NCBI RefSeq assembly: GCF_036971445.1
Contig: NC_091471.1
Coordinates: 237,150,001-237,214,000, forward strand
Source of the DNA: Narcine bancroftii
Lineage: Eukaryota
DNA length: 64,000 nucleotides
Direction: 5' to 3'
Shown here: positions 49,401 through 58,492 of the stretch, in pieces
How the letters are laid out: every line of letters begins with the position of its first letter
Position numbering within the stretch: position 1 is the first letter of the stretch
Made by a program: the position numbers and the translations under genes
The notes under the pieces: generated by a model
What the model saw: only the letters and a program-made list of their open reading frames with translations
Databases searched by the model: none
Told to the model about the DNA's origin: nothing

Positions 49401-52400
49401 TTCTCTTCGGTGAATAGAGAGGAATAATTAGGACCACCCTCATTGTTGGGCTCTGCATACAATTACTCCCTTGGTCCCTAGGAGGACCAACTCTTTCCCT
49501 GGTTTGTTTCAAAGTTTCAAGTTCAGATTTATTGTCAGAGAACATACATGACATCACATACACCCCTGAGATTTTTTGTCCTGCAGGTGAGGAAGAATTA
49601 CCACTTATTGGCAGTGCAAAAAAATCCTGACTCAACGTGCCCATGTAAACAAATAAAGATATGAAAACAACTGATTGTGCAATGCAGAGATTTTTAAAAA
49701 ATAAAGTGCAAATTTAAGAGTCCTTAAATGATTAAGTTTATTGTTGAGAAGTCTGATGGTGGAGGGGTGGCAGCTGTTCCTGAACCTGGTGGTGGAACCT
49801 GGTCTTTCTCATAGTCATAGAATGTCTTGAGATTTTCCTTAATTTGAGTCTGTCCTGCATGATTGATAGTCCTCAAGGGATTCCCTTGATCCTCATTGCC
49901 CCGTAGTTCTTTTTTTTTTGCTGATCAAGCTTTCAAATTAATTTCTTGTCCAACTTTTCAACTTTCTCCACCTTTATTGATCAGGACATGCTTTGAAAAT
50001 ACTCCCACTTATCAGATGTCATTCCATCTGCAAGCATCTGGTGTTGATCCACTTTCACCAGAATAAAATCAGCCTTCCCCAACCTTCTGCGATCAGAATG
50101 GTGGAGAAGGCAGAGATTAAATAATGATAAGAAATTATCAGCATCAAGCCTGCAACAGCAAAAAGAAAATGTTAAATAAATTAATTGTTTAAATATAAAA
50201 TTTCTCCTGTTCTGTCCAAGGCTGAGAAAAGAGCCATAAAATTCATTACAGATATAAACAGATGGAAATCAACCAATCACAGAAATTGGAAATCAGAAAT
50301 AAATTAAAATTAGATGCGGCCAGATGTGCAGAGTATTTCCAACAATTTCTGCTCTGTTGATGTGCTCACTTTCCACATGCAGGTGAAATTGTGATGTTAG
50401 GACAGACAGTGAAGAGATTGCAGTCTTTCAATGTTAACTTGTGAAAGTTCCTCAGCCACTTAATCGTAACTCAGAAGGTGGCTGCCTTGATATTTATTTT
50501 TAAACCGCTTGTGTGGACGCAATGTGCAGAGTGGCCTCCTTTTGTGCAAGGAGTTTAGAGTGAGAGAAAGGCTTTGTTGTGGGAAGTTACTCATACTGGC
50601 TTTTTAGAATGTCTGCTAAAGTTTTGTGGCTTCATCCCACTGAAACTAAGCAGATATCCAACTGGACTGTACAGACTCAAAGCAGCAGCCTTCTGATTGA
50701 CAACTGAATGGATTGACACCCAGCTCCCAGACTTGCGACGGCTCCTGTTGCTGGTCAGGCTAAGACTGTTTCTTCACTCCATCACTTCTGGTGCTTCCCA
50801 CAGCCAAGCAGCGCAAGGACATGTCAGAATATTTGTGGAGCATGGAGATAAAAGTACATAAGGAGAGAAAAAAAATCCTTGGAAGACTTACACCTCACTG
50901 AGCAGCTTCCTCTTTTTCAGGTCCTTCTTTTCCTTGTCGTCCAGGGTCTTGTCCTTTCCCTGCTGCACCAGCAACAACTTGGTCTTGACAGAGTCATCAA
51001 TGTCATCCATCTGTTGGAGAAAGGAAAGTTACACAAGCAGTGGATCTGAAGTGTTCAAGAATCATTTAAATTGGAGATAAGAACAGGATTGGTCATCCAA
51101 AGCAATTCCGATCAGTAAAAACAGTTTAAGGCAGGTTAATTAGCACCTTTGAAAACAACTGCTGTGAAAATAGATGAATTGTTTTGCATCATTAATGGAT
51201 TTAGCCAAATCACAAAATAGTTTAGAGAGTAAAAATGAAGATCTGCCAGGGTGCATAGAGTATAAAACCTTTATAGATGTAATCATGTATTGACTGCAGC
51301 TTGATTGACCAAATCTCTGTGGTACTTCATACCACGTTTCATTGTGCAATGCAGAGAAAAAGAGTCTGAGGGGACACTTTCTCTGCCAGGTTTTGAGCTT
51401 ACCTGCGCCTTCAGTTCCCCAGGATAAAGGTCTACTTATCTACTTCACTATTAAGCCACTGTCAAGAAGACTCAAGATGTCAGAGTTAAGACCATAAGAC
51501 CTAGGAGCAGAAATAGGCTATTCTGCCCATCAAGTTTCCCCTGCCATTTTATCATGAGCTGATCCATTTTTCTACTCAGCCCCACTGCTCGGCCTTCTCC
51601 CGATTACATGGAATCAAGAACTTACAAATCTTTGCCTTAAATACACAATTGCCTGTGGCAACAAATTCCACAGATTTACCACCCTCTGGTTGAGGAAATT
51701 CCTCCACATCTCTGTTCCAAGTGGGAGCCCTTCAGTCCTGAAATTGGCTCTCTTGACCTAGACTCTCCCACCATGGGAAATAACCTTTCTACATCTACTC
51801 TAACATTCCACCCACCACATGGATGACGTTTGCTCATGTACAAACCCTTTAGCTACCCGGTGTGGTTGAATACTGTAGTTTAAACTAATAGACAGAGTTT
51901 AAAGTAATACATCTCATAGCACATATCTGAGCAAAATTAGAAATCAGGTCTCATGATCTTATCAAGTATAATGGATGTGAACAGCCAAACAAGTCAGTCA
52001 GGGATCTTCAGATGCCAACAAGGGAATGAGAAACTGGACTCTTTACCAAGGCTGGGCAAGAAAAATGACCACAAACTGGAGAGAGTTTATTACCTTTCTT
52101 CCTGTGGGCACCTGACTACATACAGGTGAGAGAAAAATATAGAAAAGGTGAAGAGATTGCCATCATTTGGGAATGTAAAGAAAACCATTTCAGAAATACA
52201 GTAAAATCCTGGTATCTGGCATCTACGGGGATCGCGGATGCTGGAAATGTGAATTTTCCAGTTGACTGAGACTCACTCTATGACAATGCCTAACTATTAC
52301 TCCTGCATTAAGAATAAACAATTTAAAAGACAAACAATAGTGCTAAATGTGAAATAATTTGGAAAATAAAATCAGAATTCTCCTTAATTATGTCTCTCTC

Positions 52401-55400
52401 TCTCTCTTTGGCTTGGCTTCGCGGACGAAGATTTATGGAGGGGTAATGTCCACGTCAGCTGCAGGCTCGTTTGTGGCTGACAAGTCCGATGCGGGACAGG
52501 CAGACACGGTTGCAGCGGTTGCAAGGGAAAATTGGTTGGTTGGGGTTGGGTTTTTCCTCCTTTGTCTTTTGTCAGTGAGGTGGGCTCTGCGGTCTGCTTC
52601 AAAGGAGGTTGCTGCCCACCGAACTGTGAGGCACCAAGATGCACAGTTTGAGGCAATATCAGCCCACTGGTGGTGGTCAATGTGGCAGGCACCAAGAGAT
52701 TTCTTTAGGCAGTCCTTGTACCTCTTCTTTGGTGCATCTCTGTCATGGTGGCCAGTGGAGAGCTCGCCATATAACACGATCTTGGGAAGGCGATGGTCCT
52801 CCATTCTGGAGACGTGACCTACCCAGCGCAGTTGGATCTTCAGCAGCGTGGATTCGATGCTGTCGGCCTCTGCCATCTCGAGTACTTCGATGTTAGGGAT
52901 GAAGTTGCTCCATTGAATGTTGAGGATGGAGCAGAGACAACGCTGGTGGAAGTGTTCTAGGAGCCGTAAGTGATGCCAGTAGAGGACCCATGATTCGGAG
53001 CAGAACAGGTGTGGGTATGACAACGGCTCTGTATACGCTAATCTTTGTGAGGTTTTTCAGTTGGTTGTTTTTCCAGACTCTTTTGTGTAGTCTTCCAAAG
53101 GCGCTATTTGCCTTGGCGAGTCTGTTGTCTATCTCATTGTCGATCCTTGCATCCGATGAAATGGTGCAGCCGAGATAGGTAAACTGGTTGACCGTTTTGA
53201 GTTTTGTGTGCCCGATGGAGATGTGGGGGGGCTGGTAGTCATGGTGGGGAGCTGGCTGATGGAGGACCTCCGTTTTCTTCAGGCTGACTTCCAGGCCAAA
53301 CATTTTGGCAGTTTCCGCAAAACAGGACGTCAAGCGCTGAAGAGCTGGCTCTGAATGGGCAACTAAAGCGGCATCGTCTGCAAAGAGTAGTTCACGGACA
53401 AGTTGCTCTTGTTTCTTGGTGTGAGCTTGCAGGCACCTCAGATTGAAGAGACTGCCATCCGTGCGGTACCGGATGTAAACAGCGTCTTCATTGTAAAGTT
53501 CAATGAATTCCCATAACTTATAAAATTTAAATTCGAACCCGGGTTGCTGGCACTGTAACTAGCCGCTACACTAACTGTGGCGCTGTCATAATGAACCCAC
53601 CATTCCCCAAGTTTACAGATAAAGTCTTACTATACCAATATAACTAATAAAAATTCTTACCAGGCAGGGATAGAGAGAAACTTTGGGAGAGTCGTCCCAA
53701 AGCATCGTCGGCCGGCCCCTCATCCTGGGCGCTGACATTTTATTCAAACGCAACTTTATTCAAATAGTTGCTTTGGGTGGGGTACAACCAGGGCATTCCC
53801 ATCTTCACCAAGGGTTTGTCCGTTGCTTTAGAGAACATTTACTTTTACAATTTTAAACTTTCATTTAAATTTTTATAATAAAATATTGGGTAACAAGGCA
53901 CAATGTCCTGTTGGCTAAGTTGCACATTAATGCAAGAAGATCCTAATCTTGGCTGCACTAGTTGGGCAGGCTAGATGTAACTGATGAGGAAGCATCAAAG
54001 GAGCACATAAAGTTGTGACCCAGGGTGTAGAAACCAAAGGGCAGTTCGTTTGGTTGACTTCCCAGAATGAATTCCATGCTCAGCCCCAAGATGGAATCTC
54101 ATTTCAAAAGGAAATATCACCCTGAATCAGGAATAGCCCTGTACATTATCCCAAGGTGGAAAATCAGGGGTCCACTTACAGCCTTATAGATCCAGGGTCC
54201 TCCTTCGGCACTTTTATCAATGCGGATCCACTTATTGGACATGGCCTTGCTGAATCCCACTTTTCCACTTGGGAGTTTCTGCACAAGAGGAAAAATGTCA
54301 TGGAAATTGTGTTTAATGCTTTGTAAGCAATGCTACTGAAAATGCATGTGCTACAGATCTAGACTAAACAATAGCCTGCTATTACTCAAACCAAGTCAAA
54401 ATGAACAGAAACCAGGATAAGAGTAAAACACAAAAGTCTGCACATGCCATGACTACAATCAAGTAAAAACATAATGCTGGAGAAACTCAGCAGGTCAGTG
54501 TACTTTATATAGCAAGGATAAAGATACATAACCATTTTTCTGGGCTTGAGTCCTTCATCAAGTTATGAGCAAAATATAGGCTGGCACCTGAACAAAATGA
54601 TGGAAGGGGAGGGGCAGAGGTCTCAAAGGCAGGAGGTAATAGGTGGATAAGGGAGGGTAGGGACAGCAGCAAACAAGGGAGGAGGGGGTTGGCTCTGTGA
54701 ATGGAGAGGGAAGGGGTGGAGAACTGGAAGAGAGAGAGGAAAAACAGGAAGTAGACTAACAGAAACCAGAGAAATCAATATTAATTTTGTCTGGCTGGAG
54801 ACGCTGAGATGGAAAATTAGGTGTTACTCCTCCAATTTCTGGGTGGTTTGGATTTGACAGTACTTGGAGGCCACATACAGACACGTGGAATTTAAATGAT
54901 TGGCCACTGGTAGATCCCTGTCACTGAAGCAGACAGAGTGAAGGTGTTCAGCGAAGTGATTTCCCAGTCTGTGACCAGTCTCTCTGATGTAGAGAAGTCT
55001 ACAATGGGGCACCTGATGCAAAAATCACATGCTCACCATGAGTTCACTCTGAGCAATTCCGTTCGGTGGAATAGCATCAAAGACTTGGGCTTCATGGCTG
55101 CCTTTCTCCAGAATATCTTTTCCTTCTTCAGTCAGCTCCCAGTGTTTATGGGACCGTTGCTCGGCCTTGATCACCTGCGGGAGAACAAGCCAAAGCATCA
55201 AGATTCAACATCAAATATGATCAGATGGAAAAGCAGTTTCTAAAGAAGTCCCTGGTCTGACACTCTGTGCAATGTTTCCACCAGCAGAGCCTTTCCTCCC
55301 CTTTCAACATTGATCTTCTGTTCCCACCAACCACTATTCTTCTTACAACGCATCTGTCCTTTTGCCTCTGCTCTTCCCACTATTCAGGGACCCAAATGCT

Positions 55401-57173
55401 CCAAGTAAAGCAGAGAATTATTTGTATTTCTTCCAATCTAGTGGATTGCATTCAATGTCATGTGCAACTTGTAAATGGATCAAAATTCTTACTTGCAGCA
55501 GCCCCAGGAACTCGAGACACACCAACTACAATCGTAAAAATTAAATTACTACAATATGCCAACAGAAAAACAAATAATATTAAAGTAGAGATGAATCAAT
55601 GTTCACAGTAGCAGTGAGTACATGAAAGTTTCAATAGTACAGGCAGATCTTTTGGTGCTGCTGGAGTAGTTTGTAATTAGGGTTAAGTAGCTCAGTGTTC
55701 ACAATGCAAATGGCTCTGGAAAGCAACCAAATGTACCATTTTGTGAAGGATCTGCATGCCTGTGACTCTGAGTTCTCTGTTACGTATCTTATTTTAAATC
55801 CTCATCCTACTCTAACCTTTCTGTTCCCTTTGCACAGTTATAACAAAGGCCAATGCAAGTGCAAGCAACAGCACTTTATTATCCATCTGGGCATGTTGCA
55901 AGTCTTCTCAACACCATATTGAATTCGACAGTCAACCACCTATAAGAGCAGCTTAGGTTCTCTCTGCTCAGTCTGCCTTGATCTGCTGGCCCAGTATTTC
56001 ACAAAGTTTTAGATTCCTTTGTGTTCTCACTCTCTGTCTCCTATGCAACCCTTTAATCTATGCCTCTCCTTCTCTCATTCTACGCAACTCAAAGCTGATG
56101 TTTTACTTTCTGCAGGAGCAGCCTGACCGTGCTTCCAGCATTCTGTTTTCAGTTTAATTTTATCCAAACAGCGGGATTTTTAAAATTTCCACTTTTTGTG
56201 TTGAGTGCTGACTGATGGGTGGCATCAGCAGGACCTGGTGCAATGAGGTGATGGGGCATGGAGAAGGATTTAACAAGATGAACAATTTAAATTTATTCTA
56301 GTTAAATACTGGGAAGACCAAAGCCACTACATTCACTAATCTATAAGTTTATTAGATTGCCCAATTCCAGACCTCTCCCCAGCGAATCTCTGAATCAGAT
56401 TACAGACTTCCTTGATGCAGAGTAGAGTTTTAGACATCAAATCCATGGCATCTCCAAGCTTAACACTGCTCTGCTGCATCCAAAAACTGATTTAAATATT
56501 CAAATCTCAAGTTTCCATCTTGTGTTATTTCTTGTAAAGTTAAGGTCATGCAAATGCATGTTCCAACTAACATTTACATTATCCAATCAGCACCAAGCAG
56601 GGTCATTTATTATACTTTAATTTCTAGCTCAAAAATAGCTAGAGTTTCAAATTCCCATTTTCATTTTTGCACCTATCCAACATCTCGCCCTGCTTTTTCC
56701 TGCAGCATTGCATATGCTGAGTCCCTAACTGCCTTGCAGGGTGCCAGAGCCTTCCCCTCCCTCTCAAAGCAGGTCCCCATGCTACTCTCCTGCCTTTGCT
56801 TCCCTCTCACCTCACCCCTCCCATCTCCCCACCTGTCAACGCTCACCGGCCCCACCCATCTTCCACCCGGCCACGCCCACCTCCTTGGATCCTCCCATCG
56901 GGCCCCGCCCCACTTCGAACCCTCCGGGCCCCGCCCCTTCCCCAATCTCGCCCTCCCACGTGGGTGAATGACGGCCACTGCCTGCCTGCCGCTCCCCCGG
57001 TTCCTCCCTTCTCCCCTCCCACTCACATCGTCAAGAGTCTGCAGGCTCTTCACGGCCCCCACCACCAGCTGGTGGTCTAGGGCCAGGCTGGCGGCCATCT
57101 CAGCGCTGTCGGCGCCTCCATCCACCTCCTGCAGCCTCAGCAGCAACGCATCCTGCAGCTCTCGCTCCGCCAT
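21751..57173 (-). CDS. FARSA: Phenylalanine--tRNA ligase alpha subunit, 13 coding exons, 1494 nt, 497 aa (whole gene span)
   Basis: Exon lengths 147,138,99,119,93,129,116,85,100,169,78,115,106 join in frame with GT-AG sites; class II aaRS motifs [61 protein letters not shown]. Confidence 0.97.
22220..22680 (+). mobile_element. CR1-clade LINE 3' fragment
   Basis: TTGGAGTATTGTGTGCAGTTTTGGTCGCC ([10 protein letters not shown]) motif and CR1 tail. Confidence 0.75.
23080..23395 (-). mobile_element. Rex/Babar LINE 3' tail
   Basis: GTCTGGTGGTGGAGGGATAGCAGCTGTTCCTGAACCTGGTG..CTTTCCTGATGGCAGCAG; similar to 49515-49800 and 680-780. Confidence 0.6.
24440..25115. mobile_element. Two CR1 fragments in opposite orientation (- 24440-24700; + 24775-25115)
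   Basis: CR1 3' motifs on each strand; boundaries approximate. Confidence 0.6.
25725..26165 (+). mobile_element. RTE-clade LINE 3' fragment
   Basis: [57 protein letters not shown]; short (GAA)-rich tail; near-identical copy at 52395-53492. Confidence 0.85.
26211..26808 (+). mobile_element. Internally deleted DNA transposon, probably CMC/Chapaev3-like
   Basis: Imperfect TIRs (CATTGGACAA..TTTGGCTTCCTGAA / TTCAGGAAGCAAA..TTGTCCAGC); frameshifted transposase C-terminus [55 protein letters not shown] from 26382; a second left-end fragment at 25551-25680. Confidence 0.6.
27230..27679. mobile_element. Tc1/mariner (pogo/Tigger-like) MITE
   Basis: Imperfect TIRs CGTATATATTCATGTAATCGTCAA / TTGACAATTACACGAATATACAG followed by TA; C-rich internal repeats. 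Confidence 0.55.
27825..27939 (-). CDS. FARSA: FARSA exon 12 ([38 protein letters not shown])
   Basis: cccccAG / GTAAGG; 115 nt. Confidence 0.96.
28336..29037 (+). mobile_element. Non-autonomous hAT element (Charlie/Buster/SPIN-like)
   Basis: Perfect 8-bp TSD CTCTAGCT (28328-28335, 29038-29045); TIRs CACACATGTCAAACTC / GAGTTTGACACCCCTG; transposase N-terminal remnant [31 protein letters not shown]. Confidence 0.88.
29310..29550 (+). mobile_element. V-SINE (HE1-like)
   Basis: GTTCGAATC B-box plus V-domain. Confidence 0.75.
30002..30079 (-). CDS. FARSA: FARSA exon 11 ([25 protein letters not shown])
   Basis: gacAG / GTACAA; 78 nt. Confidence 0.95.
30318..30545 (+). mobile_element. V-SINE (HE1-like)
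   Basis: V-domain GTGAGGAGTTTGTACGTTCTCCC..GGTTTCCTCCGGGTGCTCTGGTTTCCTCCCAC. Confidence 0.78.
31410..31630 (+). mobile_element. V-SINE (HE1-like)
   Basis: GGCGGCACGGTTAGTGTAATG..CCGGGTTCGAAACC head plus V-domain. Confidence 0.78.
32470..32638 (-). CDS. FARSA: FARSA exon 10 ([37 protein letters not shown])
   Basis: tgcAG / GTGAGA; 169 nt; contains motif 2. Confidence 0.97.
33931..34030 (-). CDS. FARSA: FARSA exon 9 ([33 protein letters not shown])
   Basis: tttAG / GTGAGA; 100 nt. Confidence 0.96.
34694..34778 (-). CDS. FARSA: FARSA exon 8 ([28 protein letters not shown])
   Basis: cccAG / GTAACT; 85 nt. Confidence 0.95.
35255..36250 (+). mobile_element. CR1-clade LINE, degenerate RT to 3' end
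   Basis: [44 protein letters not shown] motifs; CR1 tail. Confidence 0.85.
36847..36962 (-). CDS. FARSA: FARSA exon 7 ([38 protein letters not shown])
   Basis: ctctAG / GTACGA; 116 nt. Confidence 0.97.
37312..37969. mobile_element. Tc1/mariner (Tigger-like) MITE
   Basis: TA|CAGTAAAACCCCTGGTA ... TACCAAGGGTTTTACTG|TA: TIRs with TA target duplication. Confidence 0.85.
38160..40290 (-). mobile_element. Older 5'-truncated L1-clade LINE (ORF2 remnant)
   Basis: [34 protein letters not shown] and GGLQLP motifs in fragmented ORFs; T-rich tail near 38160; divergent from the two younger L1s. Confidence 0.85.
40666..40794 (-). CDS. FARSA: FARSA exon 6 ([43 protein letters not shown])
   Basis: cacAG / GTAAAT; 129 nt. 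Confidence 0.96.
41983..43356 (+). CDS. L1 ORF1p (coiled coil + RRM + CTD), intact
   Basis: [37 protein letters not shown] motifs; first in-frame ATG at 41983 (true start uncertain). Confidence 0.85.
   Translation: MAAKKEKSKAMGRREEERTSEEGEGLTCPRRPAAEREARSLRSVEVPNSGLQKWLTEPSKNAQPRMREESRTMRKTKIILKGGGNQLRSRSPQLRLTATTQQQEENAENNESKKESKKKSKKQQMTNPEEEDHQQDTSNKNKKTKNTQQNKTNKPTRKPEETEVKDTDPGMDSEEEEEEEHREMEDEGKGKTMDIYFFKEYMESVKEWQSQEFSEIKRRVKSTEEKMNRLEMIMSDIGKRVDKVEERETAVEMEVEDLKKKLEESDKKVKETQELLAKKIDKMENYSRRNNIKIVGLKEDEESKNMREFIKEWIPRVLGRPELQEEMEIERAHRTLAPKPQPQQKPRSILVKFLRYATRENILEKAMRKIREDKNPLEYKGQKNFFYPDTSFELLKKRKEFNAAKTILWKKGYKFMLKYPAVLKIVIPGPQNRLFLDPEVARKFAEQLQNRQRKEDM
43391..43441. repeat. (TA)n(TG)n microsatellite in the L1 spacer
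   Basis: Directly visible. Confidence 0.9.
43846..48267 (+). pseudogene. L1 ORF2 (endonuclease/reverse transcriptase), disrupted
   Basis: LNINGI..VQETH, SDHSP, ISLFADD motifs; multiple stops/frameshifts and a ~634-bp internal duplication. Confidence 0.92.
48578..48670 (-). CDS. FARSA: FARSA exon 5 ([30 protein letters not shown])
   Basis: tttaAG / GTAAGA; 93 nt. Confidence 0.94.
   Translation of the reverse strand, partial: DFEDLLDHQRKFIQHQSGQTRYRPHPRDDS
48831..49064 (+). mobile_element. Heavily 5'-truncated L1 (3'UTR only)
   Basis: Homologous to 48310-48515; 12-bp TSD GTTGTGACACAA at 48819-48830 and 49065-49076. Confidence 0.88.
49515..49800 (-). mobile_element. Rex/Babar LINE 3' tail
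   Basis: Homologous to 23080-23395. Confidence 0.6.
50892..51010 (-). CDS. FARSA: FARSA exon 4 ([40 protein letters not shown])
   Basis: caacAG / GTAAGT; 119 nt. Confidence 0.94.
51490..51800 (-). mobile_element. CR1-clade LINE 3' fragment
   Basis: AAGACCATAAGACCTAGGAGCAGAAATAGGC tail; reverse homolog of 24775-25115. Confidence 0.72.
52199..53880. mobile_element. Second Tigger-like MITE copy (inverted relative to 37312-37969), split by an RTE LINE and a SINE fragment
   Basis: TA|CAGTAAAATCCTGGTATCTGG terminus; 52199-52390 and 53600-53880 match the reverse complement of the 37312-37969 element. Confidence 0.65.
52395..53492 (-). mobile_element. RTE-clade LINE, 5'-truncated
   Basis: [49 protein letters not shown]; one frameshift near 53010; (GA)n tail. 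Confidence 0.9.
54180..54278 (-). CDS. FARSA: FARSA exon 3 ([33 protein letters not shown])
   Basis: tgcAG / GTAAGT; 99 nt. Confidence 0.95.
54430..55020 (-). mobile_element. Penelope-like retroelement fragment (GIY-YIG endonuclease end + 3' region)
   Basis: [34 protein letters not shown] resembles the PLE GIY-YIG consensus YIGETKRRLGDRFAEH; CCTTGATGAAGG..CTGAGTTTCTCCAGCA 3' motifs. Confidence 0.75.
55037..55174 (-). CDS. FARSA: FARSA exon 2 ([46 protein letters not shown])
   Basis: ccgcAG / GTGAGC; 138 nt. Confidence 0.95.
55250..56150 (+). mobile_element. Degenerate Penelope-like fragments with an inserted unrelated repeat (~55460-55740)
   Basis: [24 protein letters not shown] (GIY-YIG N-part) and [12 protein letters not shown] (C-part); CAGCCTGACC..TTCCAGCATTCTG tail. 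Confidence 0.5.
57027..57173 (-). CDS. FARSA: FARSA exon 1 ([49 protein letters not shown])
   Basis: GCCAAGATGGCG Kozak; donor GTGAGT at 57021-57026; 147 nt; CpG-rich. Confidence 0.95.
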
Positions 57174-57360
57174 CTTGGCACTGACCTCTCACCCCGCCGC
57201 CCGCCTCGGTGATAAACACAAATAATATAACACCATATCTCACACCGCCGTTCTCCCAGCATAAGTATCAGCAAGGGCATGCTAAATTTACCAGCTATTT
57301 AATAAAATTCGCATCCTATGTAGGGGCGGTTTTGGTTGGACTGATCACGTGATGCCACCC
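57174..57360 (-). promoter_or_regulatory. FARSA 5'UTR / proximal promoter
   Basis: GC box GGGGCGG 57323-57329, palindromic E-box ATCACGTGAT 57344-57353, YY1-like AAGATGGCGG at the start codon. Confidence 0.6.
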
Positions 57361-57639
57361 CTACTAAGATGGAGGACAGTGGGGTAGCTGTGCTCTCTCA
57401 GTGACCATTCATCTGTTCTAACTCCTCACAGTCACCACCAAACACCTTCTAACACGTTATTCTTTAACCAGGCGCCCCTGATTCTGCAGTCTGTGTGCGA
57501 AGGAGGAGGGGGGGCAGATGGATGGCTCCACACAACCTCATGCCCATGGTCTCCATCAACAGTAAGTGACAAATATCTGCAGATGTTGGGGGAATACTTG
57601 CCTCCTCTGACATCTCAGCACTTGGTTCAGGCTCCACAT

Positions 57640-57920
57640 ATAATCGAGCCTGCTCCGCCATTCAATGTGATCATGGCTGATCTGATGTTGGGTTCATCTC
57701 CACCTCCCCATATCCCTTAATTCTCAGCTAGGTAAAAAATCTATCCAACCTTGCCTTAAATATATTTACTGAGGTCGCCTTCACTGCTTCAATGGGCGGC
57801 AAATTCCACAGATTCCCCTCCCTCTGACAAATCAGTTCTTCCATTCTAACTCTACTACCCTGGATTCTGAGGTTCTGTCCCCTAGTTCTGGTCTCCCCCA
57901 CCAATGGGAACAACTTGCCT
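57640..57920 (-). mobile_element. CR1-clade LINE 3' fragment
   Basis: FPLVGETRTRGQNLRIQG..IFKARLDRF; homologous to 4815-5165. Confidence 0.75.
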
Positions 57921-58492
57921 TCTGTGACTGAATATGTAATATTTTATATATTATATATAGATACATTTTAAAGGAGAAATACTGTAGCAGGTTTTCCAGT
58001 GTAGGTCACAAACACTTCAAAACTGATCTCATTTAAAATGCAAGACAGACAGTCCAGTGCTGAGTGCCTTTGCAAAAACTTTGAAGAATTCCTGTAAGGA
58101 CTTCACAAGTAAGTGTTAATTGGACATGCTGTGGAGTTATAGATTATTGTTTTGGAAAGGAACAGATGAACAGACTCGGAATATTAGGTCCGTTGCCTCA
58201 ATCTGTCTGAATGCAGTGTGCTGTTCTTTTTTTTTATTTTTTATTTTTCACACCATAAATCACATTAACCATGGTACACACTTTTTCCTTTTCACACATA
58301 TACAGTGCCATTTTCTCCCCCCCCCCCCACCTTCCCTCCTCACATCCCACCCTCCCTACCTCCCCCCTCCCGTCCATTTAAAGTATACAATCTAGGATAC
58401 ATTAAACCAGTCAGACAATGTTGTCATTCAATAAAAATACACCAGAAATTCTACTGAGTCCATTCTTTTCATTTCCTTTTCCTTCCGTTAAC

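Noticed and set aside
56673-57026. 166-aa single-exon reading of the FARSA start ORF
   Set aside because: Homology ends at the GTGAGT donor (57026); the rest is GC-rich intron read-through.
57923-58225. Possible LTR interrupted by the L1
   Set aside because: Begins with TG but no partner LTR, PBS or TSD is visible in the window.
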